A stretch of DNA of 64,000 bases from Felis catus (lineage: Eukaryota), in the NCBI RefSeq assembly GCF_018350175.1, contig NC_058382.1:15004001-15068000 (forward strand). Direction: 5' to 3'. The position numbers and the translations under genes are program-made. Below the pieces are notes generated by a model. It was not told where the DNA came from. It saw nothing but the letters and a program-made list of their open reading frames with translations, and did not search any database. Below, one piece after another: positions 33,321 to 55,359 of this stretch. Each line of letters opens with the position of its first letter. The first letter of the stretch is position 1.

Positions 33321-36300
33321 CTGGAGACACACAACCGGGAGGGCGGAGGGGGGTTATCATCCCAATGAAGGCAACGCATAAGACTTCTAGGCCCCGTTGC
33401 GAGCACTTTACAAGGACGGATTTGTTTACGTCCAGAGGTGGTTGCTAATATTAATTAGCGATAACGTTTACTGAGCAACAGCCACAGGTCAGGTTCTATC
33501 TTAAACGTTTAACGTGAATTAACTCATTTTATTCGCAAGGAAGATACTGACTTTAATGCTGTTTAAAAACAGTAACAGGGGCGCCTGGGTGGCTCAGTCG
33601 GTTGAGCGTCCGACTTCGACTCAGGTCACGATCTCGCGGTCCATGAGTTCGAGCCCCGCGTCAGGCTCTGGGCTGATGGCTCGGAGCCTGGAGCCTGCTT
33701 CCGATTCTGTGTCTCCCTCTCTCTCTGACCCTCCCCCGTTCATGCTCTGTCTCTCTCTGTCTCAAAAATAAATAATAAAACGTTAAAAAAAAATTAAAAA
33801 AAAAAAAACCAGTAACAAACACAATCAGACTCAGGGGCGCCTGGGTGGCTCAGTCGGTGGGGCGTCCGACTTCAGCTCAGGTCATGATCTCGTGAGTTGA
33901 TGGGTTGGAGCCCTGAGTCGGGCTCTGGAGCCTGGAGCCCGCTTCGGATTCGGTGTCTCCCTCTCTCTCTCTGCCCTTCCCCTGCTCATGCTCTGTCTCT
34001 CTCTCAAAAATAAATGAAGATTAAAAAAGAAAAAAAAAAAAAAAAGCAAACAGATTCACACCATGTCATGTACTGTTCTATGCATTGTACCTATATTAAC
34101 TTGTGCCCGCCCCACAGCAACCCAGTGGGGTGTTTCGGGGAGGTGTCCCTCCTCCTCCCGGGCACACTCATTTCACACACAAACTTTATGCTCCCTCCAC
34201 ATCCAGGGAAGGCCCTGGCTCATGTTCTGTGTCTCACATTACAGCAGAGTCCTGAAAGGGGCTGAGACGTTCCTAGGAGTCTCTTCCTAGTGGCGTGCCC
34301 TTGAGTAAGACTGCCGCTCAGTGGCCTCACTGTATCACAAACACCATGATCGAATCTCCCTCCTGAGTATGGTGTGTAAAGGCTGCCACGAGGGACGCAT
34401 ATCGAGTCAGCTTGGGAGAACGAATATTGTTAAAATGTCGATACTACCCAAAGCAATCTACATATTCGATGCAATCCCTATCGAAATGACACCAGCATTC
34501 TTCACAGAGCTAGAACAGTCTTAAAATTTTCTTTGTATTATTTTTTTAATGTTTATTTATTTTTGAGAGAGACACAGTGAGAGCAGGGGAGGGGCAGAGC
34601 GAGAGGGAGACACAGAATCCGAAGCAGGCTCCAGGCTCTGAGCTGTCAGCACAGAGCCCCACACGGGACTCGAACTCAGAAGGGGGAGATCATGACCTGA
34701 GCCAGTTGGACGCTTAACAGACTGAGCCATCCAGGCACCCCAAACGATCTTAAAATTTGTATGGACCCACAAAGACCCCAAATAGCCAAAGTAATGTTGA
34801 AAAAGAAAACCAAAGCAGGAGGCATCACAGTCCCGGACTTCAAGCTGTATTACAAAGCTGTAATCATCAAGACAGTATGGTACTGTCACAAAAACAGACA
34901 CTTAGATCAATGGAACAGACTAGAGAACCCAGAAATGGACCCACAAACGGATGGCCAACTAGTCTTTGACAAAGCAGGAAAGAATATCCAATGGAAAAAA
35001 GACAGTCTCTTCAGGAAATGGTGCTGGGAAAACTGGACAGCAACATACAGAAGAATGAACCTGGACCACTTTCTTAGACCATACACGAAAATAAATTCAA
35101 AATGGGTGAAAGACCTAAACATATGAAAGGAACCATCAAAATCCTACAGGAGAAAACAGGCAACAACCTCTTTGGCCTTGGTCACAGCAACTTCTTACTT
35201 GACATGTCTCCAGTGGTAAGGGAAACAAAAGCAAAAATGAACTATTGGGACTTCATCAAGATAAGAAGCTTCTGCACAGCGAAGGAAACAATCAGCAAAA
35301 CTAAAAGGCAACCGACAGAATGGGAGAAGATATTTGCAAAAGACACATCAGATGAAGGGTTAGTATCCAAAATCTATAAAGAACTTATCAAACTCAACAC
35401 CCAAAAGACAATACAGTGAAGAAATGGGCAAAAGTCATGAACAGACACTTTTCCAAAGAAGACATCCGGATGGCCAACGGATACAATGAGAAGATGCTCA
35501 TCATCAGGGAATGCAAACTGGTGCAGCCACTCTGGAAAACAGTATGGAGGTTCCTCAAAAAATTAAAAATAGAACTACCCTATGACCCAATAATTGCACT
35601 ACTAGGTATTTATGCAAAGGATACATAAATGCTGATTCGAAGGGGCACATGCCCCCCAATGTTTATAGCAGCGCTATCGACAATAGCCAAAGTATGGAAA
35701 GAGCCCAAATGTCCATCGACTGATGAATGGATAAAGAAGGGGCACCTGGGTGGCTCTGTCCAACTTTAGCTCAGGTCATGATCTCTTGGTTTTTGAGTTC
35801 GAGCCCCATGTCGGGCTCTGGGCTGACTGACAGCTCAGAATCTGGAGCCTGCTTCAGATTCGGTGTCTCCCCGCGCCCCCCCTCCCCCAGTCATGCTCTC
35901 TCAAAAATAAACATTAAAGAAAAATTTTTTNNNNNNNNNNNNNNNNNNNNNNNNNNNNNNNNNNNNNNNNNNNNNNNNNNNNNNNNNNNNNNNNNNNNNN
36001 NNNNNNNNNNNNNNNNNNNNNNNNNNNNNNNNNNNNNNNNNNNNNNNNNNNNNNNNNNNNNNNNNNNNNNNNNNNNNNNNNNNTCACTCATACGTGGAAT
36101 TTAAGAAACAAAACATATGAAGATAGAGGAAGGGAAGCAAAACTAAGATAAAAACAGAAAGCGAGACAAACTTTAAGAGACCCTTAAATACAGAGAACTC
36201 AGGGCTGCTGGAGGGGGTGTAGGGTGGGGAGGATGGGCTAAATGGGGGGGAGGGGCATTAAGGAGGGCACTTGTTGGGATGAGTACTGGGTGTTATATGT

Positions 36301-36766
36301 AAGTAATAAATCACTAAATTCCACTTCTGACATCATTATTACATTATATGTTAACTAACTTGGATTTAAACTTTTAAAAAAATTAAAAATTAAGAATTAA
36401 AAAAAATACATATCAGCTGAATGAATGAGCCAAGCGCTTTGCTTGGATGTCTCACCCACGGAATTTAGTAAGTACCTGCTGAAGAAATCAGCAACTGACC
36501 CAAACTCCTGATGCCCCCTGACGACGCATAGCAGCCCCCAAGGCAACCACTTCCCACCTCTTGCCCCCCGCAGCCCGAGCTCTGCTAAAACCCACCGTGT
36601 ATCCATCCATCCCTAATTTAACCCCTGATTCCCCCGGGGCTGCGGCAGAGGCACACAAGTCCCAGCGGGGATAGCCCTTATCCTGCTGCGTCTCTGCAGC
36701 TCAAGCCCCTAACTTACCATAATTTAGGGACGTGTTGAGGCCACGGAGAAGACCGGACCAGGACAT
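32950..36766 (-). CDS. MRPS12: Mitochondrial ribosomal protein S12 (uS12m), 139 aa, 2 coding exons
   Basis: Exons 36766-36718 (49 nt) and 33320-32950 (371 nt); [42 protein letters not shown]12 signatures. Confidence 0.97.
33578..34046 (+). mobile_element. Two Can-SINEs in MRPS12 intron
   Basis: 33578-33810 (TSD CAGTAACA) and 33833-34046. Confidence 0.9.
34400..36410 (+). mobile_element. Carnivore L1 (ORF2 3' end + 3' UTR), 5'-truncated, with SINEs at 34525-34740 (-) and 35739-35930 (+)
   Basis: ORF2 remnants ([46 protein letters not shown]); carnivore L1 tail TATGTTAACTAACTTGGATTTAAA. Confidence 0.93.
35931..36083. other. Assembly gap (153 N)
   Basis: Run of N after a SINE tail inside L1. 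Confidence 1.
36718..36766 (-). CDS. MRPS12: MRPS12 first coding exon (presequence)
   Basis: ATG at 36766; donor G|GTAAGT at 36717. Confidence 0.93.
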
Positions 36767-37039
36767 CCCACCGCCTGCAGGGTCCCTGTGTGAGGGGATA
36801 CGAGCATCAGGAAGGAAAAAGTGGCCGTAGCCGGACAAGGGCCCAAATTCTCCCCACCACGTCCTCAGAGCCTTCTGATTAAATCCAAGGAATTTCCTTG
36901 ACGGTCTAACCGCAACCCCACACGTTGCTGACAGAAATTCCCTCGGTAAATTTAGTTTCGCTCTGAGTGGGCACCCAACAACCTCTCCCGCTCCCTGCAC
37001 ACAGAAGCAGAAGAGAATCTGAGGAGAGGGCCGGGTAGA

Positions 37040-37357
37040 ATCCAATGATTTCCATCAACTTCACCGACCCTTGCAGGGTCCGCAGGCACGCTGAATCTGC
37101 CTCTTGCCCCTTCCGGAGGTCACCCCGGCAGGGATTGGCTGGTTCTGCCTCCCGTGTACGCTGAAGGGGCGGGGCACAGATGACGATTGGTCAACGACAC
37201 AGTCAATCACAGTCGATTTTTCTCATCGAATTGTATTTGAGGCTCGAGAGGCGCTCACCCCATCCAGGGTCTGATTGGCAGGACGGCTGCTTTGCAATTG
37301 GTCTAAACGCGGAGGGGGCGGGACGAAGGGTGCGTGACTCCTTGTCCCCTGTCCAAG
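37040..37357. promoter_or_regulatory. MRPS12/SARS2 bidirectional promoter with CCAAT-box array
   Basis: ATTGG at 37134, 37186, 37274, 37297; CCAAT at 37042; GC boxes 37166-37174 and ~37315-37322; ETS-like CTTCCGG at 37110-37116; YY1-like CAAGATGGCGGC over the SARS2 ATG. Confidence 0.85.
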
Positions 37358-46810
<9,453 letters not shown>

Positions 46811-47123
46811 GAGCTCACCGCCATCGGTCAGCAGGGCTGTTGCCGCTTCCTGGAGCTCAGGGGACCCTGGAGACCTGGGACCCGTTTTCCTAAGCCCGTC
46901 CTGACATCTGCATTCCTCACACCGGCTCCGTGCCCGGGCCCCTTTCCTACTTCCGTACTTCCTCAGAATCAGCCGGTGACCCTGTTGTCACTGGTGGTCC
47001 CAGCCTGCACCGGAAAGCAGGACGCCTGGGGATTTAAAGGTTGTAGGGATGGGGGAAGGAGAGGAAGAGGCCTCCAAGCGTCCTTCCTTCTTCCCTCCCC
47101 CAGTACTTAGCAGAAAAGTCCCC

Positions 47124-47129
47124 AATAAA
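47124..47129 (+). terminator. SARS2 poly(A) signal
   Basis: AATAAA ~315 nt after the stop. Confidence 0.75.
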
Positions 47130-47907
47130 TGGTGAGAACCAAGGCCTTTGTGGATCTGTGAGCAAGGGAGATGACCCTGGCTGACCTGCGGGGGTGCTGT
47201 GCAGTTGGTCAGAGGTACTAAACCATCATAGGGTCTGTGGCCACAGGGACCATGGCCAAGAGTGTCCAGCAGCCCCCAGAGCACACGGAGGGCAACTTGG
47301 GGGCCACCTCAGGAACTGACAGGGTGCGAGGCCTCTCCCTTGCTCTAGGACGAGGGGCACCTTGCACTGACCCCAGTTTCAACCTCACTCCCCCGTCTCC
47401 ACTGCAGGGGGTTGGGGGGGGGGGTCCAGTAGGCAGCACAAACTCCACGAAGCAGAACTCGTTCTTCCCCTCGCTGTGCCTTCCCAGTTCTTCAGGCCAC
47501 AGCCCTTCGGTCACTCTCTGCTCCCTCCCCTCGTGCCCACGTAGGTCAGACCCTGGCGGCTCCTTCTCCAAACCATTACCAGAATCCACCCTTACTCTTT
47601 TCCTCCCCGGTCCCTCCCTGGTCCCTCCCCGGTCCTGTCCACTGTTTTCTCCCCATCTGGAGAGTCACGACAGCCCCTCCACCATCTCCTCGCTCCCCCG
47701 CCCCCACGCAGCCAGAGCGACCCTGCGGACACCCATGTCTGGTCACATCCCTCCCCCGCTTGGAGCCCTCGTGTAGCTCCATCTCAGGGGAAAGGACAGA
47801 GCTGTCCCCGTGATCCACAGAGCCCCGCGTGGTCTGCCCCCTGCCTTCCATTTCAACCCACCTCCTCTCTCTCGTGCTCTGATCTTGCTGTCCTAACTCT
47901 GCAGACT

Positions 47908-48133
47908 CATTTTTTTTTTTAATTAATCTTTATTTATTTTTGAGAGAGAGAGAGAGAGAGAGACAATGTGAGTGTGGGGGAACAGGGAGAGAGAGGGAGA
48001 CACAGAATCTGAAGCAGGCTCCAGGCTCTGAGCTGTCAGCACAGAGCCCGACGTGAGGCTCAAACTCACGAACCACGAGATCATGACCTGAGCTGAAGTC
48101 AGACGCTTAACTGACTGAGCCGCCCAGGCGCCC
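47908..48133 (-). mobile_element. Can-SINE
   Basis: TSD TCTGCAGACTCATT on both sides. Confidence 0.92.
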
Positions 48134-48224
48134 CAGTCTGCAGACTCATTCTTGACTCCGACCTTTGGGCTGGCTAGTCCCTTCTGTGGCTACTCTTCCC
48201 CTCAATCTTGTGTGATTGCCTCCA

Positions 48225-48490
48225 TTTTATGACTCAGGCCTTAGCCCACATATCACCTCCTCAGAGAGGACTTCCCTGGCCGGCCAAAGGAAAAGCCGCT
48301 CGCACTGTGTGATGCAGGCGTCTGCGGTCATTTCCTCCTTCCTTATAGGCGCGGAGTTGAGCGTTGTGTCTTCCCCTTCTCAAATGTCGGCCCCAAGAGG
48401 ACGGGGAAGTTTGCCTGCTTGTTCACTGCTGTCACCCGGGCTTTCTGAGAGGGCGGGGCATATAGTAGGTGCTCAATAAAAGCTACTGGA
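48225..48490 (+). mobile_element. L2 3' end
   Basis: TCACCTCCTCAGAGAGG..TAGTAGGTGCTCAATAAA. Confidence 0.75.
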
Positions 48491-49004
48491 CTGAGGGTGC
48501 TGGGACGGGTGTAGTTCCCAGGGCCAGACACTGTCTAAATGAACTTACGCACCCGTTATGTATTTACCCCTCACCTGTGGGGCAGGTGGCCACCCGCGCT
48601 GTCTCACAAAGCATAAAACCAATCCTAGAGAGGTCTGGCAGTTTTCCCAGGCTGCACAGCTGGCCGTGGTGGAGCTGGGATTCAGGCGGAGCCCAGCCAC
48701 CACCTCTGCGGAAGTAAGTTTAGGACCTCCAAATCTCCAGATGAGGAAAAGGCCAAAGAAGGGAAGGAGTTGCCTGAGGTCTATCTGTGAATGGCTGCCG
48801 CTGGATTCGAACTCAGGTCGCCCTCCCCGTGCAGCCTTAAGCTCAACAGACCGTGTCTCTCGTGTCTCTCTGGGGGAAGCACCCTCCCTCCATGCTGACG
48901 CTCCGGGACCATTAGCTGGAAGAGGAGCGGGTGCGGGACGTGGGTCTCCATGAATTATTGAGGGTCTCCGGCAGGTGGCCGCCCGGCAGCTGTCACCCCA
49001 GCGC

Positions 49005-49070
49005 GGGCGGGGAAGGGGCGGTGATGACGTCACTTCCTCCCCCGCGGGGCCACTGGCGCGGGTTATAAGG
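49005..49070 (+). promoter_or_regulatory. CCER2 core promoter: GC boxes, palindromic CRE, ETS core, TATA
   Basis: TGACGTCA 49025-49032; CACTTCCT 49031-49038; TATAAG 49064-49069, 55-60 nt upstream of the ATG. Confidence 0.8.
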
Positions 49071-49123
49071 AGCTGCCGCGCCATCCCGCGCGGCGTCGAG
49101 CACCCTGGTCCCGACGCCCCACC

Positions 49124-51308
<2,185 letters not shown>

Positions 51309-51536
51309 CCCCCGACCTCGCGTCCTCCTTCCTGACACACCCTATGGCTTATGACTGTTGACCCCCAAAGCTCGCCTAACACCCCACTCCGTTCCCCAGC
51401 CTGAAGGAATGGGGGCACAGGTGTGCCACGCGACCAGGCCCGAGGGGCCGAGTCTGAGCTGGGTAGAGGGGCTGGGCTCCAACCGAATCAGGAAACACCC
51501 GGCCACCCATGTAACCCACTCCAACCCTGCCGAGTG

Positions 51537-51542
51537 AATAAA
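51537..51542 (+). terminator. CCER2 poly(A) signal
   Basis: AATAAA ~230 nt after the stop. Confidence 0.75.
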
Positions 51543-51630
51543 GCACAAAGAAAACCGCTAAGGCTCATGTGGCACTTGATGTTAGACAGACGGGGACCCG
51601 GGAACGGTCTCTGGTTGTCAGAACTGGGAT

Positions 51631-51636
51631 TTTATT
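51631..51636 (-). terminator. NFKBIB poly(A) signal
   Basis: TTTATT 27 nt beyond the stop codon. Confidence 0.7.
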
Positions 51637-51663
51637 AAATTGGAAATCCTATTAACAATGAGG

Positions 51664-51759
51664 TCAGACGGGGTCATCAGGGAGAGGTTTCGAGGCTGGG
51701 GTGGGAGGTAGCCGGTTTTGGCCGCGGCCACTGTGGACCACGATGTCGTCGTATTCGTC
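51664..51759 (-). CDS. NFKBIB: NFKBIB exon 6
   Basis: DEYDDIVVHSG..KPLPDDPV*. Confidence 0.95.
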   Translation of the reverse strand, partial: DEYDDIVVHSGRGQNRLPPTPASKPLPDDPV

Positions 51760-54700
51760 CTGGGGACAAAGGGGGCAGGCACAGGGGCTCAGGCGGCTGT
51801 CACCCCGCCTGCTGTCCAGCTGCTTCCACCCACCCCGACAGCTGGGTCTTGTCTCGAAGCCCCAGCTCGCCCAGTCATCCTTCAACTTCCCTGCTTAGTT
51901 TTCCACACACCACGTTCAAGGTCACCTGTGTTCTCCCACCACCACTGCCTGGGCTCCGGCCCCACTGCTTTGCCAGTACTTAGGCAGCCACAGCCACTGG
52001 GGTCTCCCTCCTCCGCCCCCTCCCTCTGCCTCTACCCAGATTCCTCGCCGCCCCCCCAACATTGTCCCTGCCCAGAGTGGGGTCTCTGCCACCTGGGTTC
52101 TCCAATGCAACCTCCTCACTGGAGGTCTCTCCCCACTGCCGCCAGGGTTGGAATCAGTGCTTCCCGGAGCCTGAGTTCTCCGACTCCTGCCCTGTGAGAT
52201 CACTCCCTACGCTGTCAGCCACCACTGCCAACCAGTACCATTATCAGTCACCACGATCGAGGTCTTTTCTCTAACTCTGCCCGAGTTCCACCTCTGCCCT
52301 TGCCTTCGGTTCCCCACCACCCCTGCCCAGGTCTCCCTGCACAGCTGCCCGAGTTCTCGAATCACAGCAGCCCGAGGTCAGTCTCAACGTGCTGCCCAAT
52401 GTCTCTTCTCCCCTTTCCCGTCTGCCCGTTTACCCTGACCCCCCGGCTGGGCCGCCCGGTCCTGCCCCCCCACTCACGCCCTCGTCCCCGCTGTCACTGT
52501 CGCTACTGCTGCTGCAGGGGCCGGGTCTGTCGTCCTCGTCCTCGGGCTCAGCGGCTCCATGTGCACGGAGAAGGCGGGCGAGGATGGGGTTGGGCCGGAG
52601 CGTGGCACTACCCAGTGGGGTGCGGCCACCGTACATGCGGGCGGCAGGGTCGGCCCCTGCCCTCAGGAGAAGCTCCAGCACGTCGGCTGCTTGGGCCTCC
52701 ACTGCCAAGTGCAGGGGGCTCCGGCCGCACGTGGGCTCCTGCGAGGCGCAACAGAGGGGTCAGGGAGGCCCTGCCCCACTCTGGGGGCCAAGCCTCCCTG
52801 CCACATCCTCTCCCCAGGGCAGCTCACCGGTTTGTTGAGGTCAGCTCCAGCCTCCCGGAGCAGCCGGACCATCTCTGCGTCTTTGTGGATGACGGCCACG
52901 TGAAGCGGGGTATGGCCTGTGGATAGGGCGACAGGTGTCGGACATGGGGGTGAGGGGCCTGGGCCTCAAATGCCAAGGTCCCAGGAGACGGCTTTGTGGC
53001 CTGAGGAGACTGAGTTTGGGGTACAGCTCCTGATTTCCTGGGTATGTCAAAGAGGCTTCTGCAGCCCAAATGCCTACGTCTCAGTGGTCTGGAACTTACT
53101 GGGGGTGCCAATGCCCGGCTTGTGGCATGTCTGGGGCTTATGGATGAAGAGCCTGGGGGCTTTGGACAAGAGGCCTGGATCTTGGGACCAGGAGACCGAG
53201 TTTCTGGTCTTTACTTCACAAAGGGCCTGGACCCCAAATTCCTGGGTCCCGAGTAGTTGAAGGGCCTGCGACCTTGGAAGGTGGAGTGGGCCCTAGACAC
53301 GGGGTCCTGGGTGATCTCAGTCCCTTTGTGGAAGGGGCTTAGGTCCAGGCAGTCGGGCTTAGAGGTAGGGGAGCCGAGACTCAGATGCCTTTTTTCTCAT
53401 GAGGCCTGGCTGAGGGCTGTCCTTGAACCCAGTGTCAATCTCTGGGAACCTGGGCCTTGAGTTCCCTCGTCCCGGGCGGGCTGGGACCTGTGGCTGGTGA
53501 GAGGGCGGGAGCTGTGCCTTCAAGCTGGGCAAGCTGGACCCAACAACTGGATCTTAGTGGCTCCAGGCCTGTGGGTGACAGGTCTGGGTCCCACGTGGTC
53601 CGGGTTCCGAGTTCCACATGCCCAAGTCTCAGTAATCTGGGGCTCGAGTGGGGACCCTTCCCAATGCCTGGGCTCCTGAAGCCTCGGTATTATTCCCCAA
53701 GGGGCTGGGTCTTGAGTCAGGAGAACCGAGCCCAGAGCCAGGAATTCTCGCTCCGCCTGGGAGCCCGAGCCCTGCCCGGTGCCTGAGAACCCCTCACCCT
53801 CATAGTTTTCAGCCTCCAGCTGCAGCTTCCAATCCTCCTCGCTCTCGTCATCTTCCTTCTCCGAGTCGGGTCGGGGTACGAGGCGACAGGTAGGCGGTCG
53901 GCGTCAGAGGTGCGGTCGGGGCCCTGAGCGAGGTAGGTGTTGGGGGCTCCCCTGGCGCACCGGGGACGGGGCTGGAGTAGCACACGGGCGCAGGCGTGTG
54001 CCCTCATGCGACAGGCCAGGTGCAGTGCCGTGTGGCCCCCGCGCTCCGCCACACGCAACCCGGCACCCGCCGCGTACAACTTCTCCACTGTGGAGGCCTC
54101 CCCCAGGATGGCTGCCAGGTGAAGGGCTGTCTGCGGGAGCAGAGGGCAGGGATCAGGGGGTGCACGGAGAACCCAGTCCCAAGCCCTAAACTGTCCCCGG
54201 GGGACTCACCTGGCCCAGGTCATTCTGCAAGTCCAGGTACTCGGTGCCAGCCGCGAAGCCTAGGAGGAAATCCAGGAAGGGCTCATGCTGATGAATCACT
54301 GCCAAGTGCAATGCCCTGAAGACAAAAACAGGGAGCAGAGCATAGAAGTCTGGAACCAACTGTCAGGAATCTAGGAGGGTCAGGTCAGTTAAGTCAGCAT
54401 ATTTGTTTAATCAGTACTTTGGTTTTTAAAAAAATTTTTAAGTTTATTTATTTACTTTGAGAGAGAGAGAGAAAAAGTGAGAGTGGGGGAAGGGCAGAGA
54501 GAGGGAGAGAGAGAGAGAATCCCAAGCAAGCTTCTGCACTGTGGGCGTGGAGCCCGACGCGGGGCTCGAACCCACGAACCGCGAGATCATGACCTGAGCT
54601 AAAGTCAGATGCTTAACCAACTGAGCCACCCAGGAGCCCCTAATCGGTGTGTATTAAGTAGGACTTCTACTGCCTCCCAAGACGAAATAACAGGGACCAG

Positions 54701-55324
54701 ATTTCCCTCCCATCTGAATCAACCAAAAAAATCTAACAGACTATGGTATAGGAAGCAACAGTTTTCCAGATGCTAGTCCTCATGCAATGAATGACCATGA
54801 TCCCTAAAGAGGAAACAAAATGAGGTGAGCCCTTCAACTGATTGCCAAGTTTACCGTCTTGAGAGTAGACACCGCACAGAGAGGGGCCTCGCAGATTGCA
54901 TACGAGGCAAGAAGGAGGGGAGGCTGGGGAAGGCAGGCAGCTAGAGTCAGAGGACAGAGAACCCAAGAGGAGAGGGCTGAACAGGGAGAGACCCTGGGGG
55001 GTCTACAGAGGGGCCTCTCGAGTATTTGGGAGAGTGCTGATTAATGCAGGGGTGTGAAGAAACCATCCAAAAAGATTAGGGAAACATGCCCATCGCTCAC
55101 AGGAGACCAGGAATAATGCCTGTTCCCACCAATCAGACTAGGAAAAACCCAAGGACCTTGGGTAGAATACTCTGGAAGGCTCTTACCTCAGTTGTGGGGA
55201 ATAATAAGCCCTAGATGAGGGCTGCTCAGGACCCACCCAACAAATCATGAAAGCAAAACCCCAAAGGATCAATCCGCTTACAAGTAGTTGGTTTGTTTTT
55301 TTTTAATGTTTATCTACTTTTGAG

Positions 55325-55359
<35 letters not shown>

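Noticed and set aside
32522-33448. Long ORFs overlapping MRPS12; idea of a bacterial rpsL insert
   Set aside because: Alternative frames of a GC-rich exon; the gene has a spliceosomal intron and mitochondrial presequence and is in its syntenic position.
36776-37081. 10-bp direct repeat TGCAGGGTCC flanking the MRPS12 5' intron
   Set aside because: Too short for a functional claim; relevant only as a possible RT template-switch artefact.
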